Below, in pieces: positions 30,867 to 40,700 of a stretch of DNA of 64,000 bases. The position numbers were made by a program, and so were the translations under genes. The stretch comes from Candidatus Methanomethylophilaceae archaeon (lineage in GTDB: Archaea > Thermoplasmatota > Thermoplasmata > Methanomassiliicoccales > Methanomethylophilaceae). The DNA lies in the NCBI GenBank assembly GCA_944320495.1, contig CALUHR010000013.1:384001-448000 (forward strand), written 5' to 3'. How positions within the stretch are numbered: the stretch's first letter is position 1; every line of letters begins with the position of its first letter. Below the pieces are notes generated by a model, which did not search any database, was not told the origin of the DNA, and saw only the letters and a list, made by a program, of their open reading frames with translations.

Positions 30867-31964
30867 TCAATAGAGCTGCTCGGAACAGTACGGGCAGAAC
30901 TTAGGCGTCTTGGGGAGGCCGGAGATGTTCTGTCCGCAGTAGGGGCAGCTGTTGAACTTCGGGGGCTCGCCGAGTGCGGCGGGCTGAGCGGGCTGCTGCG
31001 TCTGGACGGGAGCGCCCTGGGGCTGCATCTGTGGGGAAGGCTTGCCGCAGTTGCTGCAGAACTTGTACGGGAAGTCGTTGGGGGATCCGCAGTAGGGGCA
31101 GAGCACCTTGGGCGCCTGCTGGGCCGCCTGGGGCTGGCCCTGGACCCCGTAGAGCGGCTGCTGCTGGAGCTGCTGGTACATCTGCGGGAACAGGAGCATG
31201 CCGGTGCCCATCGCGGCCCCTCCGTCGGAGGCGCCTATGGCGTCGGCCATTCTGTCCATGACCTCGTATCTCTTGAACGCCTCTCCGTTGGCGCTGCTGA
31301 ACTGGAGGTACTCGAAGATCTTCTTCTGGTCCTCGTCGGTGGTGCGCACCTCGTTGATCTTCAGAGAGAGGAGCTCGATCCCCCTCTGCTGGAAGTACTG
31401 CTCCACCATGACCTTCGTGGTGGTGGAGGCCTTCTCGAGGTTGTTGTAGACGTCCATGTAGTACTGCTTCGTCAGCTGCTGGGTGATCTGCTCGTTGATG
31501 AAGCCCTTCATGAACGCGTTGACGTCGCCGGTGGAGTAGGACGCCAGTCCTCCGAGGACCTGGGTGTAGAACACCGGCACGTCGCTGATGCGGAACTGGA
31601 AGTCCCCGTTGGACATCAGGGTGATCGGGACCTCGTATCCCGGTGCGGCCTTTATCATCCCGCGGATGCCCCACTTCCCGTTGAACATCTTCAGCGAGAC
31701 GAAGATGATCTGCACCTTGAACGGGGTCTCCTTGTAGCCCAGGGCGAGGTTGTACAGCTTCGTCAGCCAGGGGATGTTGGCGGACGTCACCATGTGCCTT
31801 CCGGGCTCGAGTACGCCCGAGAGCTGTCCGTCCCTGGCGAAGATCGCCACGGCGTGCTCCGGCACGGTGACGGACGTGAGCGTCCTGAGGTCGTCGTGCT
31901 CGTACGCGTAGATGATGTCGTCCGGGCCCTGGTTCTCCCAGAACACTACGTTGCTCTTGCCCAT
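30867..31964 (-). CDS. SPFH (band 7) domain protein with C-terminal double zinc ribbon
   Basis: VTVPEHAVAIFARDG...LEPGRH, a Q/P/A linker, CPYCG...CSNCG and CPYCG...CPYC. Confidence 0.88.
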   Translation of the reverse strand: MGKSNVVFWENQGPDDIIYAYEHDDLRTLTSVTVPEHAVAIFARDGQLSGVLEPGRHMVTSANIPWLTKLYNLALGYKETPFKVQIIFVSLKMFNGKWGIRGMIKAAPGYEVPITLMSNGDFQFRISDVPVFYTQVLGGLASYSTGDVNAFMKGFINEQITQQLTKQYYMDVYNNLEKASTTTKVMVEQYFQQRGIELLSLKINEVRTTDEDQKKIFEYLQFSSANGEAFKRYEVMDRMADAIGASDGGAAMGTGMLLFPQMYQQLQQQPLYGVQGQPQAAQQAPKVLCPYCGSPNDFPYKFCSNCGKPSPQMQPQGAPVQTQQPAQPAALGEPPKFNSCPYCGQNISGLPKTPKFCPYCSEQLY

Positions 31965-32506
31965 CAGGCATCAGCCTCCTGCGAATCGAATCCCTTCATT
32001 ATGGTGTCCCTCTGGTTGTAGTCCTCGATCATGGAGTCCACGCCCCTCTCGAGGTTGCGGATCTCCGCCTTCGCGTCCGCCCCGAGGTCGACGGTCTTGA
32101 GCAGGTCGGCGGCACCCTGCCTGAGGAGCTCGATGTCCTCCACGAGCTTCGCATCCCATCTCACGAGGGCCTCGAGGTCGTCCTCGGTGATCTTCACGGT
32201 GGAATGGAATCCGGAGTACCCGTTCACCGCCTTCCTGACGGCGACGTCGTACCTGTCGACCTTGGTCCTGATGCGCTCCATGTCGAGCATCAGGTCCGGC
32301 TGGGAGACGAGCTCCCTCTGGATGGTCGCCAGGTCCGCCTTGGTGCCCTTGATCGTCTTGGCGACCTCCGCCCTCACGGCGCGGTCCTCGTCCCTGCGGA
32401 GGTTCTTCTCCCTGTATCCCCTGTACCCGGGGATGTACAACGCTATCCTCTCGATGAGCGACAGCTCGCTCTTCATCTCCGATCTGACGGTCTCTTCGAC
32501 TCCCAT
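31964..32506 (-). CDS. Conserved all-helical protein (180 aa)
   Basis: IERIALYIPGYRGYREKNLRRDED motif and heptad-like helices. Its stop overlaps the SPFH gene start (TGATG). Confidence 0.8.
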   Translation of the reverse strand: MGVEETVRSEMKSELSLIERIALYIPGYRGYREKNLRRDEDRAVRAEVAKTIKGTKADLATIQRELVSQPDLMLDMERIRTKVDRYDVAVRKAVNGYSGFHSTVKITEDDLEALVRWDAKLVEDIELLRQGAADLLKTVDLGADAKAEIRNLERGVDSMIEDYNQRDTIMKGFDSQEADA

Positions 32507-32508
32507 GA

Positions 32509-32871
32509 TCACACGCTCCTGTTCTTGACCGCCAGGGCGATGCCCACGACGGCGACGATGACGATCAGGACGGCCACGGTGATCGTGACCTCCCCGGTGA
32601 AGCTCCAAACGAAGCCGGTTATTCCGACGCCGGCCACGATGAGCCCTCCGGCCATGGCGGCGTCCGCGTCGGAGGGGCCGAAGCTGTCCGCCCTGCCCTT
32701 CCTGGCGAAGCTGGTGGCGGCCATGTAGGCCCCGAACACCAGCAGAATCATCGAGAACGCGTTGATGGCATCCCCGGTGTACCACCAGAGGATGATGCCC
32801 AGCGCAACCGCTATAAGCAGCGCCCCGGCGGCTATCGCGTTCCACGTCCTGTTGCTTCCGTTGTCTGACAT
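32509..32871 (-). CDS. Small 4-TM membrane protein
   Basis: Two helical hairpins, GAGGT ribosome-binding site, tight operon spacing. Confidence 0.8.
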   Translation of the reverse strand: MSDNGSNRTWNAIAAGALLIAVALGIILWWYTGDAINAFSMILLVFGAYMAATSFARKGRADSFGPSDADAAMAGGLIVAGVGITGFVWSFTGEVTITVAVLIVIVAVVGIALAVKNRSV

Positions 32872-32879
32872 GTGTTACC

Positions 32880-34427
32880 TCGCAGTTTGAGCAGTTTATC
32901 CGGGTTCGCGGCCCGGAGTATGAGGGGTTCCAGCCCTCCGAATGCGTCCGGGAGTGCGAAGCTCCCTCCGGCGGTGTCGCACGGCACGTACACCAGCCCC
33001 TTGACGCTGGGCTTGCTCAGCTTCAGCTTGGAGTGCGTCTGCGAGCACTGGGTCAGGTACATCTCCACCAGCCTGGACGCCTCGGTCCTGGTGCAGAGCG
33101 GGATGAACACGGTGCGGGATCCAGGGGACCCCTCGGATGCGGAGTCGGCGAGGCGGCCGATCCCCGCGCTCCCGCTGATGCTGTGCTCCTCGCCTTTGAG
33201 GCGGTTCAATATGGAGCTTTCGGGAGCCGCTGCGAAGATGTCGGTCAATCCCGAGCGGGGGTCGGACAGCGCCCTCTCGAACACCGTGAACACGGCGGGG
33301 ACCATCAGGTCCTCCTTCACGACCACGGACTTCTTGGAGAGGAACGAGCCGGTGGTGAAGCTGTACTGCAGGTCCACGTCCCAGAAGGGCATCAGCGAGT
33401 CGCCTCCGCCCTGGCATATCGGTATCGTGCCGCCGTTCTTGGCCGCCACGACGTCGTTGACGTAGCCGTAGAGCTCGAAGTCGCGGGCCTCCGACGTCAG
33501 CAGCCTGTTCCATTGCGGGTTGTCCGGGTATTCCGCGGAGGCGACCCCGTTGATCAGCGTGAGCGTCTTGAGCGGGTCCTTGGACGTGCCGTTGTTGACC
33601 ATGTCGACCACGTTCTTCAGCGTCCTGGTCTGGGAGATCTCCATGTCCACAGCCCTGAGGGTCACGGCGAGCCTGGGGTTGGAGAGCAGCTCCCTCTTCG
33701 CCGCCTCCAGCTCGGAGAGCCCCTCCTCCGCCTTGGCGGAGCATCCGAGGGCGTCCCCGTTGAGCACCATGTCGGATGCAGCGCAGACGTCGGACAGCGC
33801 CCTGAGCCTGGATGCGAGCGGCTCGTACCCTTCGCACTTCGCCATTGCGTCCGCCGATTCGAGGAAGTTCTTCGACATGATGGCGAAGCGCCCGGGGGAC
33901 CCGGTCTCGGTCAGCAGCTTGGAGTTGTTCAGTATCATCGCATAGGCGTTGGCGATGCCCTCGCCGGTGACGATGGATTTCCTGCTCTCGTCGTCCACGG
34001 CCATGGGCTCGACGCTCTTCAGCCTGGCCTGGAACTCGAAGGCCTGCGTGGAGGTGTGGTCGGACCTGACCGGCTCCCCCTTGCTGAACGGGAGCACGAT
34101 GAGCGGCGAGGCGATCACGGAGTTCAGCGCGAAGCGGTACTCGTTGATCTCCACGTCCACCCTGGGCTTGACGCTGTTGACGTATATGCTGTGCCTGGCG
34201 ACGGGGTCCACGTTGTCGACCGACCCCATGGCGAAGCCGCCGGGGATGGTCTTGGCGATCCAGCTCTGGATCTGCCCCATCATCTGCTCCATGTACTTCC
34301 TGGCGTCCAGCCTCTGCTGGGTGGTGCCGCAGCTGGGGCAGGTTATGTAGGGGGAGTCGGACTCTATGTCCTTCCTGTCGAGGGGCGCGCCGCAGTACTT
34401 GCAGCGCAGCTCAACCATGTCGTCCAT
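32880..34427 (-). CDS. N-terminal zinc-ribbon protein (YdjG-like)
   Basis: CKYCG...CPSCG, helical middle, PFW and YVP motifs in the C-terminal part. CGA at 32880; standard-code TAG at 32832. Confidence 0.75.
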
Positions 34428-34428
34428 C

Positions 34429-35358
34429 TTATCTTCCCATCCTCGCGAAGGCGATCTGGCTCTGCAGCGCGGCGATCTCCGCCTGCAACCTGGCCTCCAT
34501 CGCCATCATCTCCCTCATGGACTGCTGGTAGTACTCGTTGGCGATCTCGTCGGAGCGGTTGGAGATCGCGGTGTAGCATGCCTTGCAGACGTAGATGTGG
34601 TCGTACCCCTCCCTGGACGCCGCGGCCGCAGAGGCCTTGTCCTCCAGGGACTTGGGCGCCTCCGCGGGGGCCGCGTAGAAGTTGATGCCCTCCCCGGTGG
34701 CGATCCTGCCGCATATCCAGCAGGTGCAGGTGGCGGAGTACTCCCTCACCCTGCGCAGGTTCTCCTCGGCGGACTGCCCGTTCTGCTGCCTGTACCCCGC
34801 CGCGATCTGCTGGTACTCCGCGGCCTGGGACGGATTCTCCCCGACGGTCGCGTCCGCCATGATCTCGTATGCCAGGGCCATGAGGTTGTAGAACTCGGTG
34901 GTCCCGGTGACGGAGGTGTCCTTCCTGAAGAGCGAGAGTGCGATCAGGCTGCGGTCGCCGATCCTGGACTGGAAGTCCTGGGCGAGAGCTATGAGCTGCT
35001 GTCCGCGCTCCATGCCGGACGTCCTGTCGCCGGATGAGAGCAGGGTCATCTTCCTGATGGTGAGCTCGCACTCCGTCTTCATCTCCGCCACGTCGATGGT
35101 CTCCAGCCCGAACTGGACGGTCGTGGCGGAGGTCAGCCTCTCCAGGGTCGTCAGGAGGTTCTGGTATGCCTGCATGCTGCTGAGCCTGTCCGACAGGTCG
35201 ATCAGGGCGACCTGTACGGCCGCGACGTCGTCCGTGCCGCCCTCCTTGTCTATGGATTTGATGAGGTAGTCGCGGGCCTTGTCGAACTCCCCTCTCTTGA
35301 TCAGCTCCTGGCTGTCATCGTAGAGCTCGTCGCCGTTCTTGAATAGCTTGAAAGCCAT
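34429..35358 (-). CDS. TPR-like helical protein with Zn finger and C-terminal coiled coil
   Basis: Helical repeats, CWIC...CKAC, then MREMMAMEARLQAEIAALQSQI. Confidence 0.75.
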   Translation of the reverse strand: MAFKLFKNGDELYDDSQELIKRGEFDKARDYLIKSIDKEGGTDDVAAVQVALIDLSDRLSSMQAYQNLLTTLERLTSATTVQFGLETIDVAEMKTECELTIRKMTLLSSGDRTSGMERGQQLIALAQDFQSRIGDRSLIALSLFRKDTSVTGTTEFYNLMALAYEIMADATVGENPSQAAEYQQIAAGYRQQNGQSAEENLRRVREYSATCTCWICGRIATGEGINFYAAPAEAPKSLEDKASAAAASREGYDHIYVCKACYTAISNRSDEIANEYYQQSMREMMAMEARLQAEIAALQSQIAFARMGR

Positions 35359-35581
35359 GTCCCATCTCCCTGGTTGAGTATGCGCGTCGCATGATTAAAT
35401 GGGTGGTCCTGGCGTTCCCCGAGCCGCGGGCCCCGTCCGCGAAGCATGGATTCCGACAACATCTCTGTATGGCCGAATATGATTAGACGTTTAGTCTATT
35501 GAATCGAATGACCTTGGATGAATGTCTAATCTTTTCAGATAATCACAACGTATAAATCAAAGATATCCCCAATCCGGGTTC

Positions 35582-37765
35582 ATGACTTACACCAGGTTCG
35601 ACGCCGTGGAGGAGGCCTTCACCCACCCTCCCATCAAGGCCGTCCCGCCCGCACCTGCCACATCGGACTACTACGGTTGCAACGTCTTCAACAGGAAGAA
35701 CATGAGGAAGTACCTCTCGGCAGACACCAGGCAGAAGGTCTACGAGTCGATCGAGCAGGGCATCACCCTCCAGAGGGACGTGGCCGAGCAGGTCGCCGCC
35801 GGCATGAAGCGCTGGGCGATGGACATGGGGGCCACCCATTACACCCACTGGTTCCAGCCCCTCACCGGCGGAACCGCCGAGAAGCACGACTCCTTCGCGG
35901 AGCCCTACGGCAAGGGCGAGAGCCTGGAGGAGTTCACCGGCAAGCTGCTGTGCCAGCAGGAGCCGGACGCGTCCTCGTTCCCCTCCGGAGGGCTGAGGAA
36001 CACCTTCGAGGCCCGCGGGTACACCGCCTGGGACCCTTCGTCGCCAGCGTTCGTCCTCGGGGACACGCTCTGCATTCCCACCGTCTTCATCTCCTACACC
36101 GGCGAGGCCCTGGATTACAAGACCCCGCTTCTGAGGTCCGAGACCGCCGTCGCCAAGGCCACCGAGGACGTCCTGAGGTACTTCGGGATCGAGAACGATG
36201 CCGTGTTCTCCTACCTCGGGTGGGAGCAGGAGTACTTCCTGGTGGACGCGTCGCTCTATGCGCTGCGCCCCGACATCATCATGGCCGAGAGGACCCTCGT
36301 CGGCCACAACTCCGCCAGGAACCAGCAGCTGGAGGACCACTACTTCGGATGCATCCCCTCCAGGGTCCTGGAGTTCATGAGGGACCTCGAGTTCTCCGCC
36401 TACAAGCTCGGCATCCCGATCAAGACCAGGCACAACGAGGTCGCCCCGAACCAGTTCGAGATCGCCCCCGTGTACGAGCAGGCGAACCTCGCGATAGACC
36501 ACAACCTGGAGCTCATGGCCCTGATGAAGACCACCGCCGAGAAGCACGGCTTCAAGGTCATCCTCCACGAGAAGCCCTTCGCAGGCATCAACGGGTCCGG
36601 GAAGCACTGCAACTGGTCCCTTGGCACCGCCTCCGGCATCGGCCTGATGTCCCCCGGGAAGACGGACGTGGAGAACCTCAGGTTCCTCGTGTTCATGGCG
36701 AACGTTCTCAAGGCCGTCTACGACAACAACGCCCTGCTCAAGGCGTCCGTCATGTCGGCGAGCAACGCCCACAGGCTCGGAGCCAACGAGGCCCCGCCGG
36801 CGATCATCTCCTGCTTCCTCGGCACCCAGGTGACCAAGGCCTTCGAGGAGCTGCTCAGCAAGGACTCCGTCAGGATCGAGGGCAAGAGCAAGTACAATCT
36901 GGGGATCCCCCAGGTCCCCGAGCTCCTGATCGACAACACCGACAGGAACAGGACCTCCCCGTTCGCGTTCACCGGCAACAGGTTCGAGTTCAGGGCGGTC
37001 GGCTCGTCGGCCAACTGCTCCAGCGCCGTCACCGTGCTGAACACCATCGTGGCCCATCAGCTCAAGCAGTTCAAGGCCGCCGTGGACAAGAGGATCGAGT
37101 CCGGCGCGTCCGTCACCCAGGCGCTGCTCGAGGAGACCAAGGAGACCTACCGCAGGTGTCAGAAGATATGCTTCGATGGCAACGGATACTCCGAGGAGTG
37201 GAAGGCCGAGGCCGCCAAGCGCGGACTGGACTGCGAGACCTCCGCCCCCGTCTGCTACGACGCCTACCTGACCAAGGAGTCCGTCGGCGTCTACAGGGAC
37301 GTGGGCGTGATGTCCGAGACCGAGCTGCGCGCCAGGGCGGAGATCTGCTGGGAGATCTACTCCAAGAAGGTGGAGATCGAGGCCCGTGTGCTCGCCGACC
37401 TCACGGCCAACCACATCCTGCCCGTCGCCACCAGGTACGAGTCGGTCCTGCTGGACAACGTCTCGAAGATGAAGGACATCTTCACCGAGAAGGACGAGTT
37501 CGAGCAGGTGGCCGCCGCCGAGATCCAGATCATCAAGGACATCGCCACCCACTGCAGCGCGGCCAGGTCCCTGGCCGTGGAGATGGAGGACGAGTGCGAT
37601 GCCATCCTCGGCAAGGATTCCGAGAGGGAGAAGGCGGTCGCATTCCACGACAAGATCACCGGGTACCTTGACAGGATAAGGGAGCACGTCGACGCCCTCG
37701 AGATGATCGTCGACGACGAGATGTGGCCCCTGCCCAAGTACCGCGAGCTGCTGTTCATCCGCTGA
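35582..37765 (+). CDS. glnA: Glutamine synthetase type III
   Basis: HWFQPLTG, EPDASSFP, GWEQEYF, HNEVAPNQFE, HEKPFAGINGSGKH, DRNRTSPFAFTGNRFEFRA. 727 aa. Confidence 0.96.
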   Translation: MTYTRFDAVEEAFTHPPIKAVPPAPATSDYYGCNVFNRKNMRKYLSADTRQKVYESIEQGITLQRDVAEQVAAGMKRWAMDMGATHYTHWFQPLTGGTAEKHDSFAEPYGKGESLEEFTGKLLCQQEPDASSFPSGGLRNTFEARGYTAWDPSSPAFVLGDTLCIPTVFISYTGEALDYKTPLLRSETAVAKATEDVLRYFGIENDAVFSYLGWEQEYFLVDASLYALRPDIIMAERTLVGHNSARNQQLEDHYFGCIPSRVLEFMRDLEFSAYKLGIPIKTRHNEVAPNQFEIAPVYEQANLAIDHNLELMALMKTTAEKHGFKVILHEKPFAGINGSGKHCNWSLGTASGIGLMSPGKTDVENLRFLVFMANVLKAVYDNNALLKASVMSASNAHRLGANEAPPAIISCFLGTQVTKAFEELLSKDSVRIEGKSKYNLGIPQVPELLIDNTDRNRTSPFAFTGNRFEFRAVGSSANCSSAVTVLNTIVAHQLKQFKAAVDKRIESGASVTQALLEETKETYRRCQKICFDGNGYSEEWKAEAAKRGLDCETSAPVCYDAYLTKESVGVYRDVGVMSETELRARAEICWEIYSKKVEIEARVLADLTANHILPVATRYESVLLDNVSKMKDIFTEKDEFEQVAAAEIQIIKDIATHCSAARSLAVEMEDECDAILGKDSEREKAVAFHDKITGYLDRIREHVDALEMIVDDEMWPLPKYRELLFIR

Positions 37766-37778
37766 GAGATTGGTTCAG

Positions 37779-40700
37779 ATGTCGGGACGGGACTACGGAG
37801 GGCTGTACGACACGGAGGACGCCCGCGACAGCTGCGGCGTCGGCCTGGTCGTCGACATCGGCGGGAGGAGGTCCCACTCCGTCGTGGAGAAGGGCCTCCG
37901 CCTCATCGAGGGCATGGCCCACAGAGGCGCGGAGAACGGGGACGGCAGGAGCGGGGACGGCGCGGGGATACTCGTGCAGATCCCCCACGGGTTCGTCTCG
38001 TCCCTGGGGATCCCAGTCCCCGAGGCGGGCAGGTACGGCACGGGGCTGGTCTTCCTCCCGAAGGACAGGGATCAGGGCGACGCCCTGCTCGCGGTCCTGG
38101 AGGGGATCTGCGCGGAGCACGCGGTCAGCGTGATCGCCGTCCGCGAGGTGCCGGTCGACCACACGGTCCCGGGACCCATGGCCCTGGAGGGGGAGCCGCG
38201 CATCGTGCAGGTGTTCGCATCCTCCTACGATTCGCAGGAGACCCTCGAGAGGAAGCTGTTCGTCATCAGGAAGACCGCCGGCAACAGGATCGCTGCGTCG
38301 GACATGCCCGGGAGGGACGGGTTCTACATCTGCTCGCTCTCCACCCGCACCATGGTGTACAAGGGGATGCTCACGCCGGAGCAGCTCCGCGCGTACTACC
38401 CCGACCTGTCGGACCCGATGTTCGAGTCGGCCATCGCGATGGTCCATTCCAGGTTCAGCACCAACACCCTGCCCGCATGGAAGCTGGCGCAGCCCTTCAG
38501 GATGCTGTGCCACAACGGCGAGATCAACACCATCCGCGCCAACCGCGCGTGGATGGGCGCCAGGGAGGGCGTGCTGTCGGCGCCGGCGCTCCCGCGCTCC
38601 GACGGGATCTTCCCTGTGGTCCAGGCGGGCATGAGCGACTCCGCGTCGCTGGACAACGTCTTCGAGTTCCTGACCATGGCCGGGAAGTCGATGCCCAACG
38701 CGCTGTCCATCATGATCCCGGAGTCATGGAACGACAGGAACCCCATCCCGGACAGCCTCAAGGCCTACTACGAATACCATTCCATAATGATGGAGCCCTG
38801 GGACGGCCCAGCCGCGGTGATGTTCACCGACGGCGTGCTCGCCGGGGGGATGCTGGACCGCAACGGCCTGCGCCCCGCCAGGTACGCCGTGACCGCCGAC
38901 GGCGAGTTCATCCTCGCCTCCGAGGCGGGGATAATCCGCAGGATGCCCGGGGAGACCATCGAGACCGGCCGCATCAGACCCGGGAAGATGATCCTCGTGG
39001 ACACGTCCGAGGGCCGCATCCTCCGCGACTCGGAGATCAAGGAGGTCCTCGCCTCCGCCTACCCGTACAGGGACTGGCTCGAGAGGAACCGCCTCGACCT
39101 GGACAGGCTCTCCTCCGGTAGGCAGGTCGGACGCGCCGTGGAGGACCTGACGGTCATGGAGTCCCGCTTCGGGTACACCGCGGAGGACATCGACAGGATC
39201 ATCGCGCCCATGGTGTCCGGAGGAAAGGAGCCCGTGGGCTCGGCGGCGTACGACGCGCCCCTGGCCGTGCTCTCGGACAGGCCGCAGTCCCTGTTCTCGT
39301 ACTTCAGGCAGCTCTTCGCGCAGGTCACCAACCCTCCGATCGACCCGATCAGGGAGGAGCTGGTGATGTCCATCACGGGCTACGTCGGTTCGGTGAGCCA
39401 GAGCATCCTGGACCCGACGCCCAGGAACTGCAAGGTAGTGAAGGTCCGCCACCCGGTCATAACCAACAGGGAGCTGGACCTGCTCCGCAACCTCCGCTAC
39501 AGGGGGTTCGATGCCGTGACGATCGATACCACGTTCCCCGCGGCCGGCGGCCCCGGGGCGCTCGGCCCCGAGATCGACCGCGTCTGCCGCGAGGCGGAGA
39601 GGGCGGTGGACGACGGTAACGCGTTCGTGATCCTCTCGGACCGCGCGGTCTCGGCGGAGAGGGCGCCGATGCCCTCGCTCCTCGCGCTGTCCGCCGTTCA
39701 CCAGCACCTGCTGTCCAGGAAGAAGAGGATGCAGACCGCGCTGGTCGTGGAGTCCGGGGAGCCGCGCGAGGTCATGCACTTCGCTCTCCTGATCGGATAC
39801 GGGGCCAACGCGGTCAACCCGTACCTGGCGCTCGCCGCCGCGGAGGAGCTGTCCGATTCGGGCCGCATCAGGATGGACGCCGATGCGGCCGAGGCCTCGT
39901 ACATCAGGGCGGTGGAGAAGGGCCTGCTGAAGGTGATGTCCAAGATGGGCGTCGCCACCATCCGCTCCTACAGGGGATCGGGCCTGTTCGAGGCCGTGGG
40001 GATATCCCACGAGGTCGCCGACAGGTACTTCGGGGGAGCGTCCTCGGAGGTGTCCGGGGTGGGCCCCGATGGCATCGCCGCGGACTATCTGAGGATGCAC
40101 GCATCCGCCGGCGGGGAGCTGGAGGACGCGGGCGTGTACTCGTACAGGAAGGACGGGGAGCGCCACAGCTGGTCCCCGGAGGTCGTCAGGGCCCTGCGCC
40201 AGGCCGCCAGGAGCGGCGATCCGGACGACTACGCCAGGTTCGCCGACGCCGCCGACAGGGGGCTGTTCCACATCCGCGACCTCCTGGAGATAAGGGAGGG
40301 CGACCCGGTGCCCATCGGGTCGGTCGAATCCGCCGAGTCGATCATGCACAGGTTCGAGGCGGCTGCCATATCCTTCGGGGCCATCAGCAGGCAGGCCCAC
40401 GAGACGCTCGCCGAGGCCATGAACTCGCTGGGCTGCAGGAGCAACACCGGCGAAGGAGGGGAGGACGAGGCCAGGTTCGGGCCGCTCCCCGGTGGCAGGA
40501 GCCGCCGCTCCGCCGTGAAGCAGGTGGCTTCCGGGAGGTTCGGCGTCACCGCCGCCTACCTCGTGGACGCCGACGACATACAGATCAAGGTCGCCCAGGG
40601 CGCGAAGCCCGGGGAGGGCGGCCAGCTGATGGGGTTCAAGGTGGACGCGGCGATCGCCGCCGTCAGGCACACGATCCCGGGGGTCACGCTGATCTCCCCG

